A stretch of 64,000 bases of DNA from Hemiscyllium ocellatum (lineage: Eukaryota), in NCBI RefSeq assembly GCF_020745735.1, contig NC_083449.1, forward strand, positions 4,500,923-4,564,922. Direction: 5' to 3'. The first letter of the stretch is position 1. Each line of letters starts with the position of its first letter. Positions 49,065 to 63,351 of the stretch are shown here, one piece after another. The translations under genes were made by a program, and so were the position numbers. Below the pieces are notes generated by a model, which did not search any database, was not told where the DNA came from, and saw only the letters and a program-made list of their open reading frames with translations.

Positions 49065-50678
49065 AGCCGTTCCACGTACGTTAGACCGACCATTCCAGGG
49101 ATCATCCGTCTGAATCTCCGCTGGACACGCTCCAGTGCAGTATGTCCTTCCTGAGGTGTGGGGACCAAAACTGGACACAGTACTCCAAATGGGGCCTAAC
49201 CAGAGCTTTATAAAGTCTCAGTAGCACAACGGTGCTTTTATATTCCAACCCTCTAGAGATAAATGACAACATTGCATTCGCTTTCTTAATCACGGACCCA
49301 ACCTGCATGTTTACCTTTCGAGAATCCTCGACTAGCACTCCCAGATCCCTTTGTACTGTGGCTTTGCGAATTTTCTCACCGTTTAGACAGTAGTCTATGC
49401 TTTTATTCTTTTTTCCAAAGTGCAAGATGTTGCATTTGCTCACATTGAATTCCATCAGCCATTTCCTGGACCGCCTAACTTCATATCGTCGGCAAACTTC
49501 GCTAGAATGCCCCCAGTCCCTTCATCCAGATCATTAATATATAATGTGAACAGCTGCAGCCCCAACACTGAACCCTGCGGGACACCGCTTGTCACCGGCT
49601 GCCATTCCGAAAAAGAACCTTTATCCCAACTCTCTGCCTTCTGTCTGACAGCCAATCCTCAACCCATACCAGTAGCTCACCTCGAACACCATGGGCCCAC
49701 ACCTTGCTCAGCAGCCTCCCATGTGGCACCTTCTCAAAGGCCTTTTGGAAGTCTAGATAGACCACATCCACTGGGTTTCTCTTGTCTAACCTACTTGTCA
49801 CCTCTTCAAAGAATTCCAACAGATTTGTCAGACACGACCTCCCCTTACTAAATCCATGTTGACTTGTTCTAATCAGACTCTGCTCTTCCAAGAAATTAGA
49901 AATCTCATCCTTAATGATGGATTCTAGAATTTTACCAATAACCGAGGTTAGGCTAATTGGTCTATCATTTTCCATCTTTTGTGTTGATCCTTTCTTGAAA
50001 AAGGGGGTTACAACAGCGATCTTCCAATCATCCAGGACTTTCCCTGACTCCAATGACTTTTGAAAGATCTCAACCAATGCCTCCGCTATTTCCTCAGCTA
50101 CCTCTCTCAGAACTCTAGGATGTATCCCATCGGGGCCAGGAGATTTATCAATTTTAAGACCTTTTAGCTTTTCTAGCATTCTCTCTTTTGTAATGGGAGC
50201 CATACTCAACTCAGCCCCCTGACTCCCTTTAATTGTTGGGATATTACTCATGTCTTCCACTGTGAAGACTGACGCAAAGTACTTGTTAAGTACTCCTGCT
50301 ATTTCCTTATCTCCCTTCACTAGGCTTCCAGCATCAGTTTGAAGTGGCCCAATGTCTACTTTTGCCTGTCGTTTGTTTCTTAGTAAAAGTTCCTTTCAAT
50401 TCATATCATTTCTAATATTACTGGCTAGCCTACCTTTATATTTGATCCTCTCCTTCCTTATTCCTCTCTTTGTTATCCTCCGTTTGTTTTTGTAGCCTTC
50501 CCAATCTTCTGATTTCCCACTGCTCTTGGCCACTTTATAGGATCTCTCTTTTTTCTTTAATACATTTCCTGACTTTCTTTGTCAGTCATGGCTGTCTAAT
50601 CCCTCCCCGGATAATCTTTCTTTTCTTGGGGATGAACCTCTGTACAGTGTCTTCAATTATACCCACAAACTCCTGCCA
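49065..50678 (-). mobile_element. Relatively young CR1 LINE ORF2 fragment between the inverted arms
   Basis: [42 protein letters not shown] and FADD motifs in ORFs 49592-50320, 49455-49655 and 49102-49455. Confidence 0.95.
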
Positions 50679-53600
50679 TACACTATCCTGAAATACTCAT
50701 TGCAACTTCTAACAGTAATGAAGATCCATAAACACTGCAACTAGCAGAAAACATGACATTATTCTGTGCTGTAAATTTCTTTGACTTGAGATCTGGGAGC
50801 GGAAATCAGTTTCAGTGTCTTCAAATTATTAAGTCTGACTAATCAAAGAAAATGTACAACAACATAATAGTTAACTAAACTAACATTTCTAATCTGTTTT
50901 AACCAGAATTCCCTTTCCACTAAAAATGTCATGGCAGCAGAGAAGCTGTCGTCCCCATCTGTATCGGAGTGTGTTTCTCCATTTCATAATTTTGTAGTTG
51001 TTTTCTTCTTCTGTCCAGCAAAAAAGCTTTTTTATTATTCCATATGCATTTCAAAATGTGTTTTGATTTTCTTTTTGACTCTTCCGTCGATACATTAGAA
51101 AAACGCAAGGAATCAGGGTATAGTTTTGAGAAGGAGTCAATGGAATCAAATGGTTGCCATTTAAAGCAGTGCAAAAAAATAGAAAAAGCCAAATTTGGGA
51201 GGTTTATCAAGCTGCTCAATTTTTTTCCAATAAGAGTTGATGGTTCAATAAATTGAATTTGACAGTTCAAGTATTCTTCACTGAATGGTGGAATCTCCTC
51301 CTCCTCCTCCTCGTCCTCCTCCTCCTTCCTCCCCTGCCTTACCTCCACCCTCCCCAACCAAAAAACATAGAGCAACACTAGACCACTGCACTAGATCCTG
51401 TCCAGTCTGTACAAGGAAAGGTCAGTCAACTGGAATGCAGATGAAATGTTCACTTAATTGCAAATTGGTTTGGTTAATACTGATCATTAATTTATTGGTA
51501 AAATATGTCACGATGCAATAATTGATAGCATCCTGAAAACCTGACCTTGATATCCCTACTTTTCCTATTTCGACTCTGCACTGTAGGAGTTACAAAAGTC
51601 CTTTGCTTTTCTCCCCTTGACTCTGAAGAAAAGCATACATACTTTTCTGCTGCAATGTGTTGCACATGCACCTGTCCATGGATCCTAAAGGCACTACAAC
51701 TAAGGAACATTGACTGTGGATATTGAACTACATGTGCAGTGCAGAGATTAACAGATATACAAACACATCCACTTTCACTGACAGGAGCTGACTCCAGTGG
51801 CAATGGATAGTACCTCTTTCATAACAAGTAGCAGAAGTTTGAACACTGAAGTACAGGAGCAGTTACTGAAAGTGATATGTTTCAATTTGGATGACACTGA
51901 AGAACTGTGAAACAATAACCAAGAATAAAGGACCACACTGATATCTAGTATCAGAGAGTGAATGAATCTCATTCTCACACTGAGCCTGGTGCTGATGAAC
52001 ACACACACATTCTGCACATTTTATTCTGGTTGAAGGGCTGAGTAATGCAGAAGCATTTCCATACGTTTTAATGTATGAAACATTGATTTATAAGGCATTA
52101 AACCCACCTCATAAAGTGTGTCAGATCATGACATGCAGAACTGGAAACATAAGATGACATCCAAAAAATGTCAGTGTGATAGAGATCAGTGCCACTCCTT
52201 TCAAGTGATCCAGATTGGCAGCACAACAGAAAATTCACTCACACTCTGCCAGTTATTGGAAAAAGGGGGGAAAAAAATGAAATTTAGGCCCAGGTATTTC
52301 CAAATATGGTCAGTTTTAAATTAACTCACCAAACCATTATTTGCTTCAGTTAGTGTCAGCTGTTATATCTTTGTGTCCAGCAGCAACTGATAAAGGCTCC
52401 TGTATACACAAAATGTTAAAAAAAAAACTGTCTGAATACAATAAAATTCAGATTCATGGCAAAGATAAATATTCATCCAACATTAATCTCTTCATCACAA
52501 AAGGTTAGTGAATGTTGATCGAGTTTATCCTACACTCGAACCAAAACAAACACAGCTGAACATGAGAATGAGATCCACGTACTCTACCTGACACTGTTGC
52601 CCACAGAACAAAACTGGCACTATAGTTATTCAAAGACAGATAACGGCACAATTAATCTCAAATTAGCATTTATATAGAGATACTGGCAGTAAGTGGATAA
52701 AGTTCAGAATCCCAACAGTTAGTAGAATCTAGAATGGAGAACAGGTGAAGAATAGCATGTCAGTTCTCAGGAACGGTTACTGGACTGGAAATTTTAACTT
52801 GGGACACAATGGGCTGAATAGCCGTACCAATTCTGTACCTCTCATAAAGCAGAAAATGCAGAAGACATTCAGGGCCAATCGCAACATCCTAAAATCTGCT
52901 ATCTCGGAATCAGTCACAGTCACTGAGAATTATTTTTCCTAAATTCATTCACAGGACGAGGGCATCACTGGCTTGGCCAGCATTTATTGCCCATCCCTAA
53001 CTGCCCAGGGGGTAGTTATGTGTCAGCCACATTGATGTGGGTCTGGAAACACATGTAGGCCAGACCAGATAAGGATGGCAGTTTCCTTCCTTAAAGGACA
53101 TTAGTGAACAAGATTGGTTTTTCAGGCAAACGACAATAGATTCGTTGTCATCATTGGATTCATATAATATTATTTGCTGTCAGTGCATTAAGCAACTTTG
53201 ATGCATAAGATTTGAAAGTGGCTGGTACTGATTGAGCCCTTGACTCTCAGTCACAGCAGAAACTGACAAGGTTAGATCAATTCCTGAACACTCATGTGGA
53301 CACAACAGAAACTGAAAAGGTGTAGATTGGTAGCTGTTCTCACCAATTCACCCTGCAGAAACTGAAAGGGATGACATGATACTTAAACACACCCCTCACA
53401 CTCCCCACACACACTTTACAAACACTGGCAGGTACAGTCTGATAAATGCATTTGCACATTTATAAACTAGATGTTGACAGATACAGATACAGATTCATAG
53501 CTAGATCCTGAGATACACAGAGCAGAATATAACAGGGCAGATTGTTCAATCACACTCAAATGCACATGGCAGGACATTTCAGAGGAAGACTCGTAACTGC

Positions 53601-55209
53601 ATTTTCATTCACAAAGCAGAAACTGACAGGAACAGATTGATAACACTGTTTCAAATTATTTAAATTGACATGTACAGTTTGATAATGACACTCTCATACT
53701 CACAGGAGAAACTGACAGGTAGAGATTGATAATAAAAGAAATCAGTGTTACATTTGAGGTCTAGTGACCCTTCCACAGAACTGACTGTGCATTCTCCTAG
53801 CTGCCATGTGCTCTTCACTATTCTGGAGAAACTGAGTGTAGATTGAGTGTCCACTTTGCTGAACACCTACGTTCTGTCCAGAAAACAAGACCCTGAGCTT
53901 CCAGTTGCTTGCCACTTCAACACCACCCTGTTCCCTGGCCAACATCTCTGCCTCAGGCTTGCTGCAGTGCTCCAGCTAAAGCTCAGTGCAAGCTGGAAGA
54001 ACAGCACCTCATTTTCTGGTTGGGAACCCGACAGCCTTCTGGGCCCAATATTGAGTTCTACAACCTTAGGGCAAGAGCTTTCCTGTGTCATTACCCAGAA
54101 CCCCTCACACCAGGCCTTGTTATCACAAGTTCTGCTATTATACACCAACAGTCACTAAAAGTCCCTGTTAATAGTGATTCACCTTCCTCGTCTGACCATG
54201 ATCTTTGGATTCTACATCCATCTACCATTTACTCCCAACCCTTCAACATACCCTACCTTCTGCAGAAAAAAAACTAAACATTTCCTGGCTACCATCAATT
54301 CTCAGGAAGGGTTTCTGGACTGGAAATGTTAATTCTGATTTCTGTCCATAGACTCTGTCAGACCTGCTGAGCTTTGGCAACAATTTAATTTTGGTTCTGA
54401 TTTTCAGCATCTGCAGTTCTTTTGGTTTTCATTTAGAGATTAATAACTACATTTTCATATTCACAGAGCAGAAACTACCAGAGAAAATTGCTAACTACAT
54501 TCACATGTACATTACAGAGCCTAACCGGGAAGGATTCTTAACTAAACTTAACTAAAACCTTCACAAACCTGACAGAGGCTGTTAAACACTAAATTCTCCC
54601 ATTCACATAGCAGAAACTGGCAGGCTTAGATTGACAATTACCCAAACTCATTCACCAAGCAGACATCCTCAGGAGGCTAAGGAAATTCACCATGTCTATG
54701 AAGACTCCTGCAAATTTTTATAGATGCACTACCTATCTGGATACGTCACGGTGTGGTATAGCTACTGTTCTGCCCAAGACCACAAGAAACTACAGTGAGT
54801 TGCGAGCACAGTCCAGTCCATCACTGAAAGCAGCCTTTCATCCAGAGGCTCTCTTTATACTTGCCCCTGTCTCAGGAAAGCAGCCAATATAATCAAAGAC
54901 TCATCTGACACCAGTTCTATGCTCCTCCACCCTGGTCTGTCAGGTGGAAAATACAGAAGTTTGAATACACCATTCAACAGACTCAAGAACTGATTCTCTG
55001 CTGTTATTAGACTTTTGAATGCACCTCTCAAATTTTAATGTTAATCTCTCTCTCTGCACCTTCTCTGCAACTTTAACACTTTATTCCAGATGCTGTTCTA
55101 TTAACCTAATGCACTTTGTATGATATGGTCTGCCTGTAAGGCACTCAAAACAATACTTTTCATTGTATCTCTATACATGTGACAATAATAAATCAGATAA
55201 TATCAAGTG

Positions 55210-56300
55210 AAAAACTGCACCCTCATGTCGCAAAATCGGAGAGGTACAGGTTGATAGCTACAGTCACAGGAAATCCCTGACATTACAGCACCTGACAGGA
55301 ACGATTGATAATTAAACTCCCTTATTCACAAAGCAGAAACTGATGGTGACAGATGAAAGTTCAGCTCACACATTCACATCGCATAAACTGTCAGGAATTG
55401 ACAATTACACAGACATATTCACCAAACAGAAACTGACAGCTATAGATGGATAACTATATTTATGTATTCACACAGCAGAGTCTGAAGGTACAGATTGACA
55501 ATTAAGAAAATGACAGGTAGACAATGATAACTGAACTAGTCACATATTGATAGGGAAGAATCTGACAGGACAGATTGGTATTGGCTCTCTCAAATTGACG
55601 CAGTAGAAACAGATTGACAATGATACTCTGGTGTCAAATAGCAAAACCTGACAGGTACTGTTTGATAATTGCACTGAGAAATTGATTATAGCTAAAACTG
55701 ACAGGTAGAGATCAATATCTGCATTCATACAGAAGATACTGACAGGCACAAATTGATGACTGCATTTAATACTCATACAGCAGAAACTGGCAGGGAGATA
55801 CTGAGAATGACACACCCATTCTCAAAGCTGAAACTGACAGGTTCAGGTTGATAACTACACTGTCAAGATACATAGCAGAAACTGTTAGAGAAAGATTGTT
55901 AAGTAAATTCACACATTCATAACGGCAGAAACTGACAAGTATATATTCATAACTAAACTCTCCATCCCCATCGGTGAAACACATAGGAACTGATCCTATT
56001 TATTTAAAATATATTATCAATCAGTTTCTGCCAGTTTCTACTATGTGGATAGGAGTTCAATTATCAATCTATACCTGTCAGTTTATACTATGTGAATGTA
56101 GTTATCAATCTCTCCCTGTCACTCTCTAGTAAATACATTTCGGACATTGCAGAGAGTGACAGGGACAGAGACAGATTGATAACAATAGTAACACTCTCAT
56201 TTGCATGGCCTATACTGACAGGTACAGGTTGACAGCTGTACTCCCACATTCACCTCGCAGGAACTGACAGGTATGGATTGATAAGGAAACTCTCAGATCC
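55210..56300 (-). repeat. Same minisatellite, inverted (also 53245-53725 and 54430-54655)
   Basis: Recurrent GCAGAAACTGACAGGTACAGATTGATAACTAC units. Confidence 0.85.
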
Positions 56301-56578
56301 AGACACAAACTTGTAATGGGTAGCCCCATTGTGGAGTTGTAGAGGTATTGGTTAGGAGCTGGTTCTCAGTGAATTGGTGTAGATTTCTTTTGTTACAATC
56401 ACCAGACAAAGAGCAACTCAGGCCAAGAATGGAGTCAGACCTGTAATTATGTTTGAAATGCTGGCTTGAAAGAAACACAGCCTCATGATTATAAAATGAA
56501 TATTATCTTGAAAGGTTTGATACTGTCAAACTCACTTAATGTTGACTCACAGGGCATGTCTCTTCTCTCTTCCTCCAG

Positions 56579-56660
56579 ACAATTACATGAAGGAGCAAGA
56601 CGATGTAACATTCTCTCGGTATGAAGCCAAGTGTGATCAGTTCCTTCTAACAAACAGCAG
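56579..56660 (+). other. 82-nt exon-like unit, copy 8 (inverted duplicate, splice sites intact)
   Basis: tctcttctctcttcctccAG|acaattac...aacagcag|GTATGT. Frame NYMKEQDDVTFSRYEAKCDQFLLTNS. Confidence 0.6.
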
Positions 56661-56861
56661 GTATGTTATCGCTGTCAGACTGAAAAACATACTTTCCACA
56701 GTCACAGAACAGCTGAATTAGACACACATGGAACTCAATTTCGAGAGAGAAGTTTTCACAAGCATAGTCAAATACCACTAACCAATTATAACTTATTTTT
56801 AATCCCTCTCCATTCTCAATTCACATCACCCCATTTCCAATAAATGTTATCATTCACAGCT

Positions 56862-59275
56862 ATTGAGTCATCAAGATATACAGCACTCTTTAGTCCTACT
56901 CATCCATGACAAACAGATGTCAGAAACTAATCTAGTCCCACTTGACCCATATCCCTTTGAACCCTTCCTATCCGTGTACCCATCCAGATGCCTTTTTAAA
57001 TGTTATAATTGTACCAGCCTCCTCCTCCTTCCTCTGGCAGCTCATTCCTTACTTGTACCATCTTATGTGTGAATCGTTCCCTGTTTACCTTAAACCTACG
57101 CCTCTAGTTTTATACTCGCCCACCTCAGGGAAGAGACATTGTCCCTTATGATTTTATAAACCTCTGTGTGGTCAGCCCTAGCCTGTTCAGCCTCTCTCTA
57201 TAGCTCAAATCCTCCAACCCTGACAAATTCCTTGTAAATCTTTTCCGAACCCTTCAACATTTCACAATATCCTTCCAATACGAAGGAGACCAGTATTGCA
57301 TGCACTATTCCAAAACTGGCCTCACCAATGACCTGCACAGCCACAACATGACCTCCCAACTCCTATAATGGATGCACTGACTAATGAAGAAAACGCCTCA
57401 GCCCATTGGCCATGTGATCAAGGCCCTGTTATACTTTGAAGGAACCTTCTTTGCTGTCCAATTTTGGTGTCATCTGCAAACTTATTAACTATACCTGCTA
57501 TGTTCAAATCCAAATCATTCACATAAATGATGAAAAGCAGTGGATCCAACACACCACTGGTCACAAACCTCCAGTCTGAAAAGCAGCTCTCCTCCACCAT
57601 CACCCCCATCTTCTACCATCAAGCAAGTTCTGCATCCAATTGGCTACCTTCCTTGTATTCCATGAGATTTAACCTTGCTAACCAATCTCCCATGAAGAAC
57701 CTCATTGAAAGCCTTACTGAAGGCCATATAGATCACATTCACCACTCTGACCTCATCAATCTTCTTTGTTACTACTTCAAAACAACTCATTCAAGTTCAT
57801 GTCACACGTTTTCCCACGCACTAAACCATGCTGACTAGCCCTAATCAGTCCTTGCCTTACCAAATGCATGTCAATCCGGTTTCTCAGGATTCCCTCCAAC
57901 ATCTTGCCCACCGCCGATATCAGACTCACCGGTCCATAGTTGCCTGGCTTTTCCTTACCACCTTTCTTAAATAGTGGCACCACATTAACAGTCTTCCAGT
58001 CACCCAGCACCTCACCTCCGACTATCAATGATAAAAATATCTCAGCAAGGTGCCCAGCAATCACTTCCCTACCTTCCCACAGAGCTCGAGGGTGCACCTG
58101 ATCAGGTCTTGGGGATTTATCCACTTTTATGCCTTTCAAGGCATCCAGCACTTTCTCCTCTGTAATGTGAACATTTATCAAGATATCACTATCTATTTTC
58201 CCACATTCTATTATCTTCCATATCCTCCTTCACAGTGAACACTGATGCAAAGTACTCATTTAGTATCTTCCCATTCTCCCATGGCTCCACGCATCACGTG
58301 CCTTGCTGATTTTGAGAGACCCTATTCTCTCCCTAGATACTCTTTTGTCCTTAATCTATTTCTAAAAACTCTTTGCATTCTCCTTACTTCTATTTGCCAA
58401 AGCTGTCTCATGTCTCCTTTTTGCCCTTGGGATTTCTCTCTTAAGGATACTCCTACTACCTTTATACTCTAGGGATTCACTCAATTTCTCCTGACTACAC
58501 CTGACATATGCTTCATTTTTTCTGAACCAAAACCTCAATTTCTCTCGTCATCCAGCATTCCCTACACCTACCGGCCTTTCCTTTCACCCAAACAGGAATA
58601 TACTAACTCTGGACTCTTGTTATCGCATTTTGAAGGCTTCCTATTTTCCAGCCTTCACTTTACCTCCAAACATCTGCCCCCAATCAGCTTTTGAAAGTCC
58701 TTGCCTAATGCTGTCAAAATTAGCCTTCCTTCAATTTTGAACTTCAGCTTTAAGAACCGGTCTGTCCTTTTCCATCACTATTTAAAAACAAACAGATTTA
58801 TGGTTGCTGGCTCCAAACTGCTCCCCCACTGATACCTCAGTCATCTGCCCTGCCTTATTTCCCAGGAGTAGGTCAAATTTTGCACCTTCTCTGGCAGAAC
58901 CATCCACATACTAAATCAGAAACATTCCTTGTACACACTTAAATTCCTCTCCTTCTAAACCTATGGCAGTCCCTGTCTACATTTTGAATGTTAAAATCCC
59001 CTACCATAACCACCATATTATTCTTACAGAGAACTGAAATCTCCTTACAAATTTGTTTCTGAATTTCTTTTTACTGGCTATGAGGGAGTCTGTAATACAA
59101 TTCCAATAAGATGACCATCCCTTTCTTATTTCTCAGTACCATCCAACTAACTTCCCAGGAATATCATCCCCAAGTACAATAGTAATGCTATCCCTTATCA
59201 AAACCGCCACGCCCCTCCTCTCTCACCCCCACTTTCTAAGCTTACTGTAGCATTTGTATCCTGGATCATGAAGCT
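56862..59275 (-). mobile_element. Decayed CR1 LINE (endonuclease to 3' tail)
   Basis: KSPRPDQVHPR, PVSLIS, QHG and FADDTKIG motifs; CR1 tail at the left end. Confidence 0.9.
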
Positions 59276-61182
59276 AATTCTCTCAGAACATTTAAATGTT
59301 AATTAAGAAATTTTCTTCGAATTTTAAAAGTCTCTTCTCCATTCAAGCCTTTAACACAATGGTACTTCCAGACAATGTTTGTAAAAACCTACTATTACGG
59401 CCTTTATATTCTTACATATATCTGAAATCTGTGTATATTTGTTCCTCAGTTTCCTTCTGACTGTTGGGCCTATAGTACAGTCCCATCATGGTGATTATCC
59501 CTTTCTTATTTTAACCCAGATCTTTTCACTGGATGAACTTTTTCAGAAATATTTTCTCTAGTTAGAGCAGCAATGTTTTCCTTAATCAAAAATACCATTG
59601 AATACAGACGCAGAAATTATCCTCAATTGCTGTTTTTCTAACAAGTTCTTCATCCTGGGGTCATTCTTGTAAATGTACTCTGGGCTCCCCGCAACACAAG
59701 CACATCCTTCCCGAGATAATGGCTCAAAGCTGCTCACAATATTCCAAATGCAGTCTGACCAGAGCTGATAGAGCCTCAGCAGTACATCTCTGCTCTTGTA
59801 TTGTAGCCTCCTTGAAATAAATGTTAAAATGGCATTTGCCTTCCAAACTGCCAATTGAACCTGCCAGTTAACCTTAGAAGAATTCCTGAACTAGAACTCC
59901 CAAGGTCCCTTGCCTTTGAGATTTCTGAAGCCTTTCCCTGTTCAGAATGTTATCAACCACTTTATTCCTTCTAACAGAGTGCATAACCTCACAATTTCCC
60001 ACATTGTATTCCATCTGTCACTTCTTTGTCCACTCGTGCAGCCTGTCCAAATCCTTCTACATCCTCCGCACCTGCTCAGCAATACCTGCCCCTCCACCAA
60101 CATGTGTCTCATCTGCAAACATGGTAACAATGCCCTCAGTTCCTTTGTCCAGATAGTTAAGGCATAACATGAACAGTTGTGGTCCCAACACTGATCACTG
60201 TGGATGTTCATGAGTCACCGGCTGCCGTTTTGTAAAAGACCCTTTTTATCCTAACTCTCTGCCTTCTGCCAGGCAGCCAATTCTCTACCTTTATCTTATT
60301 TAGCAACCTGCTGTGTGGTACCTCATCAAAGGCCTTCTGGAAATGCAAATCAATTACCTCCACTGGCTGTGTTGTCTAACTTGCTTGTTACTTCCTCAAA
60401 GAATTCAAACAGATCCGTCAGGGAAGACCTATCCTTAACAAAGCTGTGCTGACTCTGCCCTATTTTACCATACACTTTCAAGTACTCTGCAGCCTCATTC
60501 TAAACAGGGGATTCTCAAACCTTAGGAATGACTATGTTCTAGCTACGTAGCCAATAGTTTCCTGCCTCTGCCGCCCTCCTTTCTTAAACATGTGTTGCAT
60601 TAGCCATTTTCCAGTCATCTGGGACCCTGCCTGACTCTAGTGCTTTCTGAAAGATCATCACCAATGATCTACTCTGCTGTCTCCTTCAGTTATCTGTAGT
60701 ATAGTCCATCCGGTCTTGGTGATTTATCCACCTACAGCTTCCCAGCATCTTCCCCTTACCAATGGCCAATGCATTCACTTCTGTCTCCACGTCTCCCTTG
60801 AAGTTCTGGTTTGTCGCTGGTATCTTCCACTGTTAAAAACTGATGGAAAGTACCTCTTCAGATCCTCTGCCATGCCGTGGTTCCCCATTACTACTTCTCC
60901 AGCATTGTTTTCAAACTGTCCAAATGTCCACTCTTGTCTGTCCATAACTGTTTAGATATCCAGAAGGGCCTGCAGCCCTCTTTTACATTAGTAACTCGCT
61001 TATTCTCATATTTCACTTCTTTGCCCCCCTCACCTTTTTTCTTTTAAAAGTTATCTCTGTTTTTTAAAGACTTTCAAATATTCTGCTTCCACTAATCTTT
61101 ACCACACTATGTGCTGCTTCTGTTGCCTTTATGCTCTCCCTGACTTCTCATGTCAACCAGGGTTGTCTCATCCTCCCCTTAG

Positions 61183-62752
61183 TTGAAAAGCATGGTGCTG
61201 GAAAAGCATAGCAGGCCAGGCAGCATCTGCGGAGCAGGAGAGTCAACGTTTCAGGTATAAGCCATTCTTCAGGAATGAGGCTGGTGTGCCAAGTGGGCTG
61301 AGATAAATGGGGGGAGAATTTGGGGGAGATGCGCTGGGAATACGATAAGTGGAAGGAGGTGAGGGTGATAAGTTGGAGAGGGGTTGGGGGCAGAGAGGTT
61401 GGGAAGAAGAGTGCAGGTCAAGAGGGCTGTGCTGAATCTGGGGGTTGGGACTGAGATAAGGTTGGGGAGGCAAAATGAGGAAGCTCGAGAAATCTACATT
61501 TATCCCGTGTAGTTGGAGAGTTCCTAGGTGGCAGATCGTTCCTCGAGGCGCTCTTCCTCGAGGCGTCGTGTGGCCTTGGTCTGGCGATGGAGGAGGGGGA
61601 GTTAAAAGTGTTTAGTCACGGGTGGTTTGGTTTGTTGTTGCGGGTGTCCCAGAGGTGTTCCCTGAAACGTTCCGCAAGTAGGTGGCCCGTCTCCCCAATG
61701 TAGACGAGACCACACTCTCCACCAATGATCTCCGCCACATCTCCTCCACTTCCCGCACCTGAACCCCACCCCTCCAATAGCCTCCAGGACAGAACCCCAC
61801 TGGTCCTCACCTTCCACCCCATCAACCTGCGGATACATCGTATCATCCTCTGTCATTTCCACCACCTCCAAACAGACCCCGCCACCAGGGATATAATTCC
61901 ATCCCCACCCCTATCAGTGTTCCGGAGAGACCACTCCCTCTGCAACTCCCTTGTCAGGTCCACACCCCCCACCAACCCAACCTCCACTCCCGGCACCTTC
62001 CCCTGCAACCGCAAGAAGTGCAAAACTTGTGCCCACACTCACCCCACCCACATCCCTCAAAGGCCCCAATGGATCCTTCCATATCCGTCGCAATTTCACC
62101 TGCACCTCCACACACATCATTTACTGTATCCGTTGCACCCGATGTGGTCTCCTCTACATTGGGGAGACGGGCCGCCTACTTGCGGAACGTATCAAGGAAC
62201 ACCTTTGGGACACCCGCACAACCAACCCAACCGCCCCGTAGCTGAACACTTTAACTCCTCCTCCCACTCCGCCAAGGACATGCAGGTCCTTGGCCGCCTC
62301 CATCGCCAGACCCTGGCCACACGATGCCTGGAGGAAGAGCGCCTCATCTTCCAACTAGGAACCCTCCAACAACACGGGGTGAACGTAGATTTCTTCAGCT
62401 TCCAAATTTCACCTACTCCCACCTTATCTCAGTCCCAACCCCCGGATTCAGCACCGTCCTTTTGACCTGCAATCATCTTCTCGACCTCTCCATCCCCCAC
62501 CCCCTCTCCGGCCTATCACCCTCACCACCTTCCACCTATCGTATTCCCAGCGCCCCTCTCCAAAATTCTCTCCATTCCACCCCTCCCTCCCCCATCTCAG
62601 CCCTCTTGGCACACCAGCCTCATTCCTGAGAAAGGGCTTATGCCCGAAATGTCGATTCTCCTGCTCCTCGCATGCTGCCTGTCCTGCTGTGCTTTTCCAG
62701 CACCACACTTTTCAACTCTGGTCTCCAGCATCTGCAGTCCTTATTTTCTCCT
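61183..62752 (+). mobile_element. Penelope-like element (GIY-YIG endonuclease) with inverted 5' copy of its 3' end
   Basis: HIIYCIRCTRCGLLYIGETGRLLAERIKEH and VAEHFN motifs. 61183-61720 is an inverted copy of about 62140-62717. Flanked by a direct repeat of about 21 nt. Confidence 0.92.
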
Positions 62753-63024
62753 AGTTGATCTCATTCTCCCCTTAGTATGTTTCTACTTTCTTGGGATGAA
62801 TTTCTGCAGTGTCTCCTGAATTAACCCAGAAACTCCTGACATCGCTGCTCCATTGTCTTCACTGGTTGACTCTCGCTTCCAACCATCTCTGGACAGCTCC
62901 ACCCACATGTCTTCGTAGTTACCTTTACTCAATTGTAATCCCGTTACATCTGATTCAATCTTCTCCCTCTCAAGCTGCAGGGTGAACTCTATTAGGTTAT
63001 GGCCACTGCCTCCAAGGAGTTTAC

Positions 63025-63351
63025 TTAGATTAGAATACTTATTTAGGTTAGATTAGATAACTTAGTGTGGAAACAGGCCCTTCAGCCCAACAAGTCCACA
63101 CAGACCCGAAGCGCAACCCACCCAGACCCATTCTCCTACATTTACCCCTTCACCTAACACTACAAGCAATTTAGCAATGACCAATTCACCTAACCTGCAC
63201 ATTTTTGGACTGTGGGAAGAAACTGGAGCACCCGGAGGAAACCCACGAAGACGCGGGGAGAATGTGCAAACTCCACACAGTCGCCTGAGGCGGGAATGGA
63301 ACCTGGGTCTCTGGCGCTGTGAGGCAGCAGTGCTAACCACTGTGCCACCCA
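63025..63351 (-). mobile_element. tRNA-derived SINE (HE1/V-SINE-like), near full length
   Basis: Minus strand GGGTGGCACAGTGGTTAGCACTGCTGCCTCACAGCGCCAGAGACCCAGGTTCCATTCC head with A/B boxes, GTGTGGAGTTTGCACATTCTCCCCG core, and short tandem tail. Confidence 0.9.

Larger units (their letters stand above)
50679..56860 (-). repeat. Right arm of the inverted duplication
   Basis: See left arm. Both arms run on into a CR1 3' tail at the homologous position. Confidence 0.9.

Noticed and set aside
50929-51378. 149-aa ORF with a poly-Glu tract
   Set aside because: The Glu run comes from a private (CCT)n microsatellite, and the paralogs at 9.1 kb and 46.8 kb have stops and frameshifts in this frame.
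55210-56300. Minisatellite strand resembling the C2H2 zinc-finger linker (ATTCACACAGCAGAAAC, IHTAE versus IHTGEK)
   Set aside because: The period is 45-50 nt and variable rather than 84 nt, there is no Cys pattern, and no open frame.
63290-63351. tRNA-like A/B-box sequence as a tRNA gene
   Set aside because: It is the head of a SINE and is followed by the SINE core and tail.
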